Assembly (NCBI GenBank): GCA_038087875.1 | Contig: CM075993.1 | Location: forward strand, 8,930,001-8,994,000 | DNA from: Malacoraja senta | Lineage: Eukaryota | Direction: 5' to 3' | Length of the DNA stretch: 64,000 bases | Part shown: positions 39,660 to 52,704 of the stretch, in pieces | Layout: each line of letters opens with the position of its first letter | Position numbering within the stretch: the first letter of the stretch is position 1 | Program-made: the position numbers and the translations under genes | The notes under the pieces: model-generated | Told to the model about the DNA's origin: nothing | Seen by the model: the letters and a program-made list of their open reading frames with translations, nothing else | Database searches by the model: none

Positions 39660-40922
39660 GTACACAAAAATGCTGGAGAAACTCAGCGGGTGCAGCAACA
39701 TCTATGGAGCGAAGGAAATAGGCAATGTTTAGGGCAGAAACCCTTCTTCAGACTCAATAGATTTCCTTCGCTCCATAGATGCTGCTGCACCCGCTGAGTT
39801 TCTCCAGCATTTTTGTGTACCTTCGATTTTCCAGCATCTGCAGTTCCTTCTGAAGAAGGGTTTCGTCTGAAGAAGTGTTTCGGCCCGAAACGTTACCTAT
39901 TTCCTTCGCTCCATAGATGCTGCTGCACCCGCTGAGTTTCTCCAGCATTTTTGTGTACCTCCTCCTACTTATCCTTGGACCATGATCCCACAGATGAGCA
40001 CCAGGCCTTCATATCAAACAGCATTACTGATTTCATCTCTTCTGGCTGGCTGTCTTCCACAGCCTCCAACTTTATCGTTTCCCAGTCCCACACAGTCTGT
40101 TTTTACCTTCTTCCCACCTTGCTTCCTGCAAAGACTCTATCCCCTACTCCAAATTCCTCCGTCTATGCCACATCTGCGCCCAAGATGAGGTGTTCCATAC
40201 TAGAATATCTGAATTGTCCTCATTCTTTAGGGAATCGGAGATGAGGCCCTTACTCGGTACCCTGCAGCTCCACCCTTGCTCCCCCTGGTCCTTACCTTCA
40301 GGTTAGACAGAGGTTCACTTGCACCTCCGCCAACCTCATCTACTGTATCCGTTGTTCAAGATGTGGACTCTTATACATCGGCGAGATCAAACGCAGACTG
40401 CGATCGTTTCGGGGAATACCTTCGCTCAGTCCGCCTGAACTAACCCGATCTCCCGGTTGCTGGACACTTAAATTCTCCTACCCATTCTGACACAGATATT
40501 TTTGTCCTCGGTGTCCTCCATTGTCAGAGTGAAGCTAAATGCAAATTGGAGGAACAGCATCTCATATTTCACATGGGCAGCAGTGGTATGAAAATTGATT
40601 TCTCTCACTTCAGGTAGCCCCGGCATTCCCTCTCTCTCTATCCCTCCCCCACACAAGTCACACTAGCTTCTCATTTTCACCATACAAACAGCTTACAAAA
40701 GCCTGTATACGTTATCATCGCTACTTTTTTGTATCTCGTTCATTCATTGTTCTTTATATCTCCACATCACCATCTGTATCTCTTGTTTCCCTTATCCCTA
40801 ACCAGTCTGAAGAAGGGTCTCGACCCGAAAAGTCACCCATTCCTTCGCTCCAGAGATGCTGCCTGTTACTCCAGCTTTTGGTGTCTATGGTTTAAACCAA
40901 CAACTGCAGTTCCTTCTTATAC
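39660..40922 (+). mobile_element. Penelope-like retroelement remnant: pLTR cluster, deleted RT, GIY-YIG endonuclease, 3' pLTR
   Basis: 40314-40400 translates FTCTSANLIYCIRCSRCGLLYIGEIKRRL; downstream LPVAGHLNSP, KLEEQHLIF, DFSHFR*; hammerhead motifs at 39867-39894 and 40807-40834. Confidence 0.88.
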
Positions 40923-41019
40923 ATTTGATTTTGTGCATTTGGACTTTGATAATGTCTCTGATGTGATACTATAGGGATGAGTTATAGAGCCCTAGCAGTT
41001 CACAATCCAAATCCATGAT

Positions 41020-41590
41020 TTGGATGTAGAGACCAAGTGTAATATATCCAAGTTTGTTGATTATATAGATGATGGCAGTGTGCCTTTGAGGAGAATGCAG
41101 GGGATAAAGAAATATTAAAATAATTAAATTATGACTAGTGAAATATAATGTGCAAAAATGTGAGATCATCCATTTGCGAGAAAAAATAGAAACACATGCT
41201 ATTTTTTAAATGGTGAGAGTTTCAACGGTATCAGTGTTCAAAAGGAGTTGTGTATCCATGCACACAAGAGTTAACATGCAGGCATGGTAAGCTAAAATGG
41301 TCAATGGTTGGCTTTTATTATCAGTGGGTTTGAAGACAATGGAAAGGACATGTTCCTCAAATTATTCCAAGCTTTACTGAGATCGCATTTAGAGTAATGT
41401 ATGCAGATCTGGATTCCCTACCCAAGGACGGATGTACATGGACAGAGAGACCACAGCAAAAAAATCTCTGATTTATTACCATGAGAGATTAAATACATGA
41501 AGTCTGTACTCATTTGAGTTTAGATGAATGAGAGGTGATTCAATGGATCTGCACAAAAGTTCTTGCAGGGCCTGATCACATTGATGCAAA
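41020..41590 (+). mobile_element. Very old CR1 RT remnant
   Basis: tataatgtgcaaaaatgtgagatcatccattt, gagtttagatgaatgagaggtgat. Confidence 0.55.
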
Positions 41591-42679
41591 AATAAAGTTT
41601 TAGGTTGGGTTATCAGGATTAAGTGGCTGAGAATAAACAATAGAACAGACTAGCTCTAAAATAGTAGAAAAAATGAGAAAATATACTGATTGTGGTTTTA
41701 AATCAATGGTGTAGTATGGAGACTAAACTAGCAGCAGAAAGGAAAGCGAGGAAAGAGTGAGGATGGAGCCATGTTTCTTTTTTTAATTCATATATAGTAC
41801 GTGGACCATGCAATCATGGCTAACAGTTATCACAGCTAATTAGCTTCAGGAGATAGTGATGAACTGTGGTAATCTTGGTAAAGTGCTGTTAAAGATTTCC
41901 TGGATTTAGACGTAACATTGGTGATGGAGCAGTAAATATTTTCATGTCAACATTGTATATGACTTCAGCAACTGCTCTTGTCTTCGGGGCAACAATCGTA
42001 ATTTTACTAGCTGCTCTCAATGAATCCTTGGTTTGGTGTGTATATCTGAATGCATTTGTCAGATGTACACACTTCAGCCATAGTGCACAATGGTGGAGGA
42101 AATTAATATTCAGGTGGTAAATAGGCCATCAGTCAAGTAACCAGCTTTGTTCTAGACTCCTCAAATGCTGTTGGTACTGCATTCATCTCAAGATGCAGAG
42201 AGCATTCTATCATATTCCTGGTGTGTCATCTAATCTTGAATCTGATCTCTAACCACAGTGTTTATGTGGCTAGTCCACCTGGGTTTCTGGTTTGTGGTTA
42301 CTGGAGGAAGATTTAGTGAAACTCGTACCAAAGAATCTCAAATGAAAAACGTTTGACTCTTTGTTGCAGGTGATCATTGTCTGGTACTTATGTGGTTTGG
42401 ATAATACCTGTTGCCAATAAACCCAAACCGGAATGATATCCATATCTTATGGATTGTCTGCACAAACTGCTTCATTATACAAAGAGTTTCAAATTATACA
42501 ATATTGTGTAATTATCATTTGACATTCCTGTTCTGATCTGAAGGAGGAAATACATTGATGAAACATCTAGAGATGGTTGGGTTCAGTAACATTGCATTGC
42601 TATCATTGGGAGCTGAAAAACTTGGCTTCTAAAAATCACAACCTTCTTCCTTTGTTCTGGGTAGAACTTCAGCCATAAT

Positions 42680-43767
42680 CTCTCTCATTCTCTCCAAACT
42701 TTCCAAGTTGAATGTGCCTGAACCCCTCTGTCGGTGGATCACCAGCTTCCTGACAGACGGGAAACAGCATGTGAGGCTATATAAGTACATCTCGCAGATC
42801 CTCAGCATTGGAGCACCGCAAGGCTGTGTACTCTCCACTCCCCTCTACTCTATCTACACCAATGACTGCACCTCCACAGTCTCCTCTGTCAAGCTTCTCA
42901 AGTTTGTGGACGACACAACCCTGATTGGACTGATCCAGGATGGGGAGGAATCTGCATACAGACAGGAAGTGATACAGCTGGTGTCCTGGTGCCATCGCAA
43001 CAACCTGGAGCTCATTGCTCTTAAGGCAGTGGAATTGATAGTAGACTTTAGGGGAGCCCCCCCTCCCCTCACCCCACTCACCATCAACAACACCAGTCAC
43101 ATTTGTGGAGTCTTTTAAGTTCCTGGAAACCATCATCTCCAAGGACCTTAAATGGGGGGCAACCATCGACTCCACAGTCTAAAAGGCACTTCCTGCTGCA
43201 GCTGAGGAAGCACAATCTGCCACAGGCAATGATGGTCCAATTCTATACGGCCATCGTAGAGTCTGTCCTCACCTTCTCCATCATGGTCTGGTTTGGCTCA
43301 GCCACCAAGCTCGACATCCGGAGGCTGCAGCGAATCGTCCGATCAGCTGAGAAGGCTATTGGCTGCAACCTTCCCTCCATTGACGAACTGTACACTGCAA
43401 TGGCCAGGAAGCAAGCGGGTAAGATCATCTCTGACCCCTCTTACCCTGGCCACAAACTCTTTGAATCACTTCCCTCTGGAAGACGACTCCGGACTGTCAA
43501 AGCTGCCACAGCCAGACATAAAAACAGCTTTTTTCCACAAGTTGTAGGTCAACTCAATAACCAAAATTTCGTAGCCTCCTTTTGCTCTGGTATTTTATTT
43601 AATTCACATGTTTAATCAATAATGTTTTATTGTTAATGTTTTATGTGTCATTCCTAACTGTCATTGTATGTCATATTGTCACTTGCGGGCGGAGCACCAA
43701 GGCAAATTCCTTGTATGTGAATACTTGGCCAATAAACCTATTAATTAATTCATTCATTCATTCATTC
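42680..43767 (+). mobile_element. 5'-truncated Rex-Babar LINE, decayed
   Basis: ORFs 42708-43118 (GAPQGCVLS, KFVDDTT) and 43103-43615 (LPSGRR, KNSFFP); AATAAA at 43731 and (ATTC)n tail. Confidence 0.9.
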
Positions 43768-44581
43768 TGCTCTGAAGTTCAACATATTTGTCTAAATTTA
43801 AAATAATGTTGTAATAAAGTCTTAGACCAGGTTTTCCTGGTGGTACACAAAGTATAAAATAATAATCAGGGCCTTAATGTTACAGATAGTGAAGTAATAC
43901 ATTTCTGCTAATATGTCAGTATTATAGGTATCTACATAGGTGACCTGAATTCAGAGCCGTACAACTTGCAAAAAGGGGTATCCTCAATATGAAAAGGAAT
44001 ATTTACTCCAATAAGATTGTGCAATGATTAGTTCCAGCAGCACAGTCATGGGCAGTTACAGTAGCAGCCGGTTCACTAGAGGAAATGAGTTCAGGTGGCA
44101 TTTTTCCTTCATGTGTTTCTTTCTTACTATTACATCAAATGGAGGCTATTTGGCTATTGGATCCATCCTTGCCCCTGCCAGAGCATCAATCCCATCCTTT
44201 TCTAATTTCCTGGAGTCCTGCACCTTGTGTCACAGATGCTGTAAAAATCCACTTTAACTTTTTTGCCATTTACAAAATATCAAGGGGCAATTTACAATTA
44301 ATCCACAAGCACCTTTTAAATGGGTGAGGAAACAGGAATACCCAGCTAGAAGTTATTCAGTCTCAGGAAATATATACAAACTCAAGACAGGAGAAAAAAA
44401 ATTCCGCAGTAGTCTTCCCACAGATGGTAAATCAGTACTCCTCCAAGAGAAAGCTGCAGGGGGACAGCGCTGTCCATCAATAAGGACAATCTTGTAACAC
44501 CACCATTGACCAAGATCTCAGAGTGGGACAAGAAGTAAGTGAACCAACTTAAAGAAGAAACCTAGTTGATCACATTGCCTG

Positions 44582-45198
44582 AATTGTAATTGTAATTAAT
44601 TTATTAGCCAAGTATGTAAAAACATACAAGAAATTTGATTTGCCATACAGTCATACCAAAAAAGCAACAAGCCACACAACTACACAAAAATTAACATAAA
44701 CATCCAGCACAGCGCACAGTGATGGATGGCAATAACATATTTATCTTCTTCTCTTCTTTTCTCCCACGGTCGGGGCAGTCGAACCATCCACAGTCGGGGC
44801 GATCGAAGCTCCCGTGATCGGGGCGATCGAAAGTCCCGTGGACGGGGCGTTCGAAGCTCCCGTGATTGGGACGGTCGAAGCGCCCGTGGTTGGAGCTCCC
44901 GTCGATCCCTGACAAGGAATCGCAAGCTCCACGATATTATGTGTGCAGGCTCCCATGGTTTGAGCTCCCGAAGTCGATCCCCAACAAAGGGACCTCCAGC
45001 TCCACGATGTTAGGCCGCAGTGCAGACAGAGATACGATACGGAAAAAGTTGCATCTCCGTCGAGGAAAGAGATTTTAAAAAGTTTCCTCCCACTCCCCAC
45101 ATAATACAAAACTAAAGATACACGACAACATACATTTAACAACAAAAGAAGAAAAGGACGAGACAGACTGTTGGCGAGGTTGCCATCGTACGGCGCCA
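44582..45198 (-). mobile_element. Non-autonomous retroposon with Rex-Babar-like 3' tail and internal 24-bp minisatellite
   Basis: Reversed (ACAATT)n tail plus tttattagccaagtat...catacaagaaatttg, resembling the tail at 43700-43736; cggggcgatcgaagctcccgtgat repeats at about 44770-44905. Confidence 0.6.
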
Positions 45199-45540
45199 GA
45201 ACATAGAACATAGGGCCATACAGCACTGGAATCTTTGTTATGAACAGGATGCCAAGTTACATTGATCTCATTTGCCTGCACATGTACCATATCCCTCTAT
45301 TCCCTGCACTTCCATGTGCCAATTAAAAGCTTCTTAAACATCACTAATGTATCTGTAATCACCACCACCCTTGGCAATGCATTAGAGGCTCACACTACTC
45401 GGTGGGAAAAAAAAACTGCTCAGTGCATCTCCATTAACCTTTACCCACTCACCTTATAGCTATGCCCTCTAGTGTTGGACATTTCCACCCTGGTAAAAAA
45501 GTTCTGACTGTCTATCTATGCATATCATAATTTATGTACT
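45199..45540 (-). mobile_element. Decayed CR1 3' fragment
   Basis: Reversed (CTATGTT)n tail; similar to 3582-4390. Confidence 0.7.
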
Positions 45541-46092
45541 ATAATTTGATGTCCTATCTGTTACACTTGAATCTGTCCAAGCAGTATTGGTACTGCACAG
45601 TTCTTGTAGCAACAAGTTCATATCTTCACACTGAGGACACAACTGATCATGTTGTATTCCACTGACACAGCACTAAATGGGATCTATTCCAGATATGACA
45701 GCCCAAAACTTGCCATTTATGACACCATCACCAAAATCATATTTCATTGCAATTTGTAATCTCATGACAAATATACCCCTCACTTTACCATTGCTAATAG
45801 ACTGAGGAGCCAACCTTGATTCAGGGAAGAATATAAAAGAACATTTTGGGAACAGCACTGAGCATCAATCACTGGAAGCACTGATCTGCAGTCCTGTCAC
45901 ATCCATTCACAAATAATAGTAAAAAAACGAATAGGTCCAATCTGAACCAACTAACCAATCTCAATCTGTACAGTTCCAATATAACATTGGCATCTTCCCA
46001 GTGATGGGAAATGTTGTCTTGGTTAACCCTAGCCACAAAAGCTAGGACAAATTTATTCCTGTTAGTTGCAGCCTTATTAGCAAGGAAGGAAA

Positions 46093-46280
46093 GACACCCT
46101 TTTGTCTCCTTTTAATGTCTAGTTTCTGTCCACCTATCTGCCCACTTTTCTAGCTTTCTCCGTCCCCCTACTACAAAAAGTCTGAAGAAAGGTCCCGACC
46201 CAAAACGTTGTCTGTCCATATTCTCCAGAGATGCTGCCTGGCCCAGTGAGTTACTCCAGCACTTTGTGTTTGTTTTAACA
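46093..46280 (+). mobile_element. Penelope pLTR, decayed hammerhead
   Basis: ctgaagaaaggtcccgacccaaaacgtt ... gagttactccagcactttgtg. Confidence 0.7.
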
Positions 46281-47935
46281 AGCAAAGAAAGATGTCTCAC
46301 GTCGCTTTCCCTGGATTGCGTTTCAGGTAGGCCAACAACCATCGGGCTCTTGAACACCAACTAAACAACAAAATGCCTTGGTTGCACTAGGGACTTTGGG
46401 CTTTTGTTTTTCACTAATGTTTTTTTTTTAATTTATCAACTTTCTTTTGTTTATTGTGTTATTTATAAGTTACAGACGTTATTCTGCTGCAAGTAAGAAT
46501 ATAATTGTTCCTTTTTCAGTTCATATGAGAATTTGACCCCCTTGACAATGCCTTAATGCTTACCGAAATTATTTTAAAACTTTGTAAATAAGGATTACTC
46601 AGCACAGCTACCGGAGTTAAGTGAAATGTGCTCTCAGGAGCTCAATCATAACTCAATGAAATAAAACATTTCCCTTTCACCTGATCCAAAGAAGAATCAC
46701 ACCAGCTCCATTTGATATACTGTAAATGAATGGTGAATTTCTTAACCTGAAATTCACCATTCAGTGGCTGTTCCTATAAAGCATTCAAATAAGCATTGTG
46801 GTAATGAAAATGTGAATGTATGAAGAAATCTACAAAATGGCAATAGTAACATATTGTTTTAGAAAGCCTAATGTATCTAAGCAGTGATCTACATCAGTCA
46901 CGTGCAAGGTCAACAGATAACCTGGTTTGCACAAAACATTGGGCATTATATTATAAGCTGCCATGTGCGAAACTAGAACAAAAAAGTTTCGTCCATGGTC
47001 CCTTGCTGTTGTGGAACTAGATTTGAATTGTTGACTAAACTGGTGTTGAAGGGTGGAGATGATTGGGCATTCGGCTCTGTGTGGATGATTATGGGGAACT
47101 CATTATATACAAACAGGGCCCACATGATTTCATGAAGTGTGCTGTCATTGCACAAAGTATCCAAATAATTTAATGATATCCATTTTTTTTTAAAGATTCC
47201 ATTACAAATTGCACCAAGATAAAAGCTATAGAATATATTTTCCAGCAGATTAACATTTATGTTAACAAACCCAACACACAGCCCACCATGGCTCCCACAA
47301 ATATATCACTGGGCTCAGAATGTCTGGACAATCGTCAATCTTTGTTGGATTAATAATAATAATAATAATATGGGACCATGGGAGAAGCAGACACTTTCTC
47401 TACCACTGGGAAGTCAATTCCAATTGACTGATATGGAACTGCTGATGTGAAATCACACATCATAAACCACCACCAAAGATGGATGTTTGCGGAGAATGTC
47501 CTACCCTACCATCTGGCAATGTCTGAACAGTGGCAAATAGTACAAATTATAAAATTATTCTTTAAATAAACAAATTTAAAACACCTTTATATCCTCTCAT
47601 TCAGCAACTTTCCACTTTGATATTTTATGGTATTTTTGAATATAAGCACACATTTATTTTAAAGGAATATTGTCATTGTTAAAGTTTTGCTAATATTTAG
47701 CATTTAATTTTCAGCACAAATTTAGTGGCAAATCCTATTGATCTGCATTACTACTTTATTCAAGTGTGCCATCTTGACAAAATTGCCAATAGTTCACTAA
47801 TTTCATTAAAGTTTTAGTTACTCAAAGCAACTTAAGCTAAAAACCTAAACCATAACTAAGTGGTAAAGATATGTACTTTTAACTCATTACCTTAACTTTT
47901 GTTTCCATTTTCTTACTGTTTTTTTGGTGTTACAG

Positions 47936-48058
47936 ATATCAATGAATGTGAGATTAGTGCACATAATTGCCATACGTATGCTGTATGTACAAATACACCA
48001 GGAAGCTTCAAATGTGCATGTGGAGATGGCTGGTCTGGGAATGGCATCAAATGTTCTG
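47936..48058 (+). CDS. FBN1: Fibrillin exon cbEGF18 ([41 protein letters not shown])
   Basis: tacag| ... |gtaaga, 123 nt. Confidence 0.96.
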
Positions 48059-48722
48059 GTAAGAATGTTTTTGAAAAAAACTCAAGCAAGATATATTTAT
48101 GAATACATATGAACAAATCCACTTTCTTGGTGATCAAAGGTCGGCGTGGACTCAGTGGGCCAAAGGGCCTTTTTCCATCCTATATGATTAAACTTTTCAG
48201 TTTTCTTTCCTTAACAGCTAAATATTACAGTAGCTTACATATATAAAAGCCATTATACCCCAACCAGAAATGAGCAGTGAATGTTATAAATTCGGCAGCA
48301 AATCGTACAAAGCCAAAATTACAGTTATCCCCATCATTTTTTTTAGTTTAATTTAATTATTCAACATTGAAAATTGCTCTACGGAGTCCAATTGTCCAAT
48401 CTTTCAAAAAATATCTTATTTTTATAATGTAAAGAATTGATATGAAATATAGAGCATCATCATTTCTCATCAATTGTCCAAGATTATAATACTGGAGTTT
48501 AATTCTAAACTTGCAAAATTCTAGATTGATCTTCAATCTCAATTCTAAGGGAGATCCAGTTCCTCCAAAGATTAATTTTATAGTTCCTGTCAAAATGAGA
48601 ATGTATATGTCTGGACTGAAATTAGCACTGCTCAGAATAAACAATGTAGAGTCATGGAATTTTGAGGCCATTAATTTTGTGAATGATTTTTGTTCTAACA
48701 ATGCATTATTTTATTTGCAAAG

Positions 48723-48845
48723 ATGTGGATGAGTGTTCTAATGGAACGCATAAGTGCAGCCCTACTGCCGAATGCGTAAACACAGATGGGAGCTATAGAT
48801 GTACGTGTAAAGAGGGTTACAGCGGCGATGGTGTGTTTTGCTCTG
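48723..48845 (+). CDS. FBN1: Fibrillin exon cbEGF19 ([41 protein letters not shown])
   Basis: gcaaag| (AAG acceptor) ... |gtaaga, 123 nt. Confidence 0.95.
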
Positions 48846-50482
48846 GTAAGATAGAATTCTGCCTCTGCTTTGCACAAATCCTGCACAACCTAAAGGTTAA
48901 TGTCACTAATTCATTTGAATATTTAGCATTTTATGTGCTCGATAATTATTTTATTTGATTAGACTTTATGATAAATGTTGTTACTACATGCACAGTTTCT
49001 AAGTGAATTCTAGATTTGTGTATTAATTAGTCCAAAGCAGTTCACCAAGCTGAATAGACAGGTATGAACTGTTAAATGTAGTTACTGCAGACTTCATCAA
49101 AGATAGGTTTAAGGAAACCTCTGAACAAAAAGAGAGAAAACAAGGCAGACAGTTAAAATATGGTTAACATCTTTATGACTAAAGCATGAAATGAAAATGC
49201 TAAAGTAATCGAACTTTACAGATTGTAGACTGCCAAGAAAGGAAGAATAGGGCAGTTGTGTGACATGGTTAAGTGCCAGGAATATGAATTTGAGCTTTTG
49301 TGAGGCTAAGGAGGTTAGCGTACAAAATGATTAAACAGTGAAATATAGTGCATTTGCAATTCTAGATGAGTTATACTTTATGCAGATTGAATTATGTAGG
49401 ATAGCAATGTACGTATGGAACACAACTGAAAGTAACAAGATTGTGAATTAGAGTTGTTTGTAAGGACAAAAACATTTGGTATTCTGATAGATATAATATT
49501 TCAATGTCATAAAAGTTAAAAACAATGTAGACTGCATTTAGATGTTTCCAGCAATTGCAGTGCAATTAATAGAGCAGATTCTCCCCAGAGATACTATTTA
49601 CTGTTTATGATCAAGGCACAGCCAATAGTTTATTTCCCAACCTCTTCTCTCCAACGTAGAAAATTATTTGATTAAGAAATTTTCAAAAACCCATTATTTA
49701 AATGGTATATTTAAATTTACAGCACTGAGGATTGATTGATTCTGAAGTATGTGCAGAAATCTTTAGGGCACGATTTGAACATATCTCAATAGTACCCTTT
49801 GTTTTTGAAAATATCACGGTTAGTCTTTGTATTTCTTCATTGAATTGCTGAGTCACAAAGGACAAGATGTTTCACAGAAAATTGATAAGATGGGATACCG
49901 TTTGTCCTATTGAGTTTATATAGGCAAGCGTTATTAAGCACTGTCTATTGCCCTGCTGGTCATGGCTCTTCAATACTTATTAAATGTTGAGGGTTTCTGC
50001 CTCTACTGTCCTTTCCGGCTTAGGTTATCACATTTGCAGAATTAACTGGTTTAGATGGAAAACATTAACAATGCTAAAACTACTCATACTTCAGACATAA
50101 GGGAGAAAATTGGACAGATTTGTGATAGAGTGCTTCCTGAACAGGTAAAAAGCTTTACGACTGAAACAAAATCAGAAAATGCTGGTCATTTGACCAAGTG
50201 CAGCTCTTATAGATTGCTGAGGAAGCCAGGTGTGTTGCTGTGGAGTGATGACACCGACAGGGAATTTAAATTTGATCTACTATGAAGGCAAGAAGGTTCA
50301 CAATTTATGATGAATATACACAAATAATTATCTTAATGCATGTTAACAAAAAAAATGATCAATACCTAGTGTTAACATTTTTCCCACTCGCCATCACTAT
50401 TAGAATAAAATATACATTTCAAATTTTTTGTACATATGGGAATTCAGTGTTTTCCTTTCTTTCTCCTTTTCCTATGTAACAG

Positions 50483-50608
50483 ACGTTGACGAATGTGCTG
50501 AAAATGTAAACTTTTGCGAGAATGGCCATTGCTTAAATGCACCAGGAGGTTACCGTTGTGAATGTGACATGGGCTTCGTACCATCTGTGGGTGGAAGAGC
50601 CTGTCAAG
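50483..50608 (+). CDS. FBN1: Fibrillin exon cbEGF20 ([42 protein letters not shown])
   Basis: aacag| ... AAG|gtatat, 126 nt. Confidence 0.96.
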
Positions 50609-50854
50609 GTATATATCAACTTCCTTCCTATCTACAATCGTGACTTCCTTCCCTCATTTTTTTAGTCACGTGATGTGATGCGTTTTGTAGCTATAATGCT
50701 TTCTGTTTTCCCTCCCCATAAATATAAATTAACTAATGTTTTGCAGTGTATCCTATCTCTCAGAGTTTTTAATTATACCATAGGGAGGTTGCAGCTAAGA
50801 ACGATAAACATTTATGCAGCTTTATCAATGAGTTCCTTGTGATCTTTGTTCCAG

Positions 50855-50977
50855 ATATTGACGAATGCTCATTCTCTGACATTTGTGTATTTGGAAGATG
50901 TCAGAATCTTCCAGGACTCTTCAGATGTGAATGTGATGTAGGTTATGAGCTGGACAGGAGTGGTGGCAACTGCACAG
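50855..50977 (+). CDS. FBN1: Fibrillin exon cbEGF21 ([41 protein letters not shown])
   Basis: tccag| ... CAG|gtaaaa, 123 nt. Confidence 0.96.
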
Positions 50978-51117
50978 GTAAAATATTGCTATCATTTGGT
51001 AACTGTTTTCCTTATTATTTCTAAGATAATTGGAGCAACAAAATGGCTAATAAAATTTTCAAATGATATGCTTGGCATGACCAGAAAAAAATAATTAATA
51101 TTGGAAATCTATTACAG

Positions 51118-51240
51118 ATGTAAATGAATGTGCGGATCCAGTTAATTGTATTAATGGAATGTGTGTCAATACCCCTGGAAGCTACGTCTGCAACTGTCCA
51201 TCTGAATTTGAGCTGAATCCTACTGGTGTGGGATGTGTTG
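51118..51240 (+). CDS. FBN1: Fibrillin exon cbEGF22 ([41 protein letters not shown])
   Basis: tacag| ... |gtaggt, 123 nt. Confidence 0.95.
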
Positions 51241-52542
51241 GTAGGTTATATTTTAATCAATCATTTGCTCTGAACAGCTAGGGCCCTGCACAATAGTTCA
51301 GCTTAAACTCAGCTACTGCAAGCAAGGGAACATTGCACACTTAACATGAAAGTTATTAGTAACCAGGAATACTGTACCTGTATATCATGTATTGTTGGAT
51401 GTGGATTGAATTCTGTGTGTAGAATGATGTTGTATGATGCATGCCGCAGGATACATCAAACATGATGCATCCCTTCAGGAAGTTCTATGAGAGAGTATTA
51501 TACTGAGGTCATTCTCATACTTTTTTCTGACAGAGTAAAACAGGCTGAAATAATATTTTCTTTATGTTCATTTTTGGGATTTGGGTATCACTGCCAAAGC
51601 TAGAATTTATTGCCCATCCTTAATTTCCTTGATTAGATTTGTGTTTTAGACAATGATGAAGGATATATTTACAAATCAGGATGGTTTGTGACTTAAGGAG
51701 AACCTGTAGATGATGGCACTCCCTTGCACCTGCTGCCCATGTCATTTTTAGTGAAGAAAGTCACAGGTTTGAGGTAGTATTGGAGTAGGATGGCTGAGTA
51801 AACAGCAGTGTATCTGGTAGATGCACCGTGTCACCACTGTGTGCTGGTGGTAGAGGGAATTAATAGGGTGTTAGATTTTGTGCTTATCAAGTGGGCAGCT
51901 TTGTTCTGGGATAAAGTTTTGGAGTGTTGTTGGACTCTGTTTATTCAAGTAAGTCAAGAATATTCCATCATGTTACAGAATTATGCCATGGAGGTGATGG
52001 AAGGGCTTTTGGCGTATCAGACAGTGAACTACTTAATGCAGGACAGATACCCAGTCTCTGACCTGCTTGTACAGAGGAATAGGTGAAAATGATATTATTT
52101 GAGTTCACTTATTTAGGAGTAGTGATACCATGCATCAGAATTTATGTTGTCTCATTAAACCTTATGGTCCTTTTTTATAATATAATAATGGATGTAAGAA
52201 TGAATTACATTTCAAAAGAAAAGCTAAAATTGTTAGTTATTTTTGTAAATACCTTTCCAGGTCCACGTGTATACAGCTGCAATTTGGAGTTGATATTAAT
52301 ATCCATCTACTTTTTAGTAGTCGTTCACATTTCAATGATATAGATGAGCTGTTCTCAATTAGATATCTACATACATTTCTGTAAACACTACAAGGCAGAT
52401 TCTTCAGTTACATAAAGTTATAATGTAATATTCATAGAACATACCATTCCTTGAAAATGTCTCCTGAGAATTGCGCATAATGTATTTTAATATTTTCAGT
52501 AGCAAAATGGAGCAATGTTTCATCATGATATTTATTATATAG

Positions 52543-52704
52543 ATCATCGTTTGGGCAAGTGTTTCTTGGAATTTTTATTACGTGGAGATGACAGCCTTTC
52601 TTGTCACAATGAGATTGGCGTAGGAGTTTCAAGAGCATCTTGTTGTTGTTCTTTGGGCAGAGCCTGGGGTTTTCCATGTGAACTGTGCCCCCCTATCAAT
52701 GCAA
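52543..52704 (+). CDS. FBN1: Fibrillin exon TB4 part 1 with RGD ([54 protein letters not shown])
   Basis: tatag| ... |gtgagt, 162 nt; RGD at 52581-52589. Confidence 0.96.

Noticed and set aside
45190..45198. TGGCGCC on the minus strand as a retroviral primer-binding site
   Set aside because: No adjacent LTR or gag/pol; match is only about 7 nt
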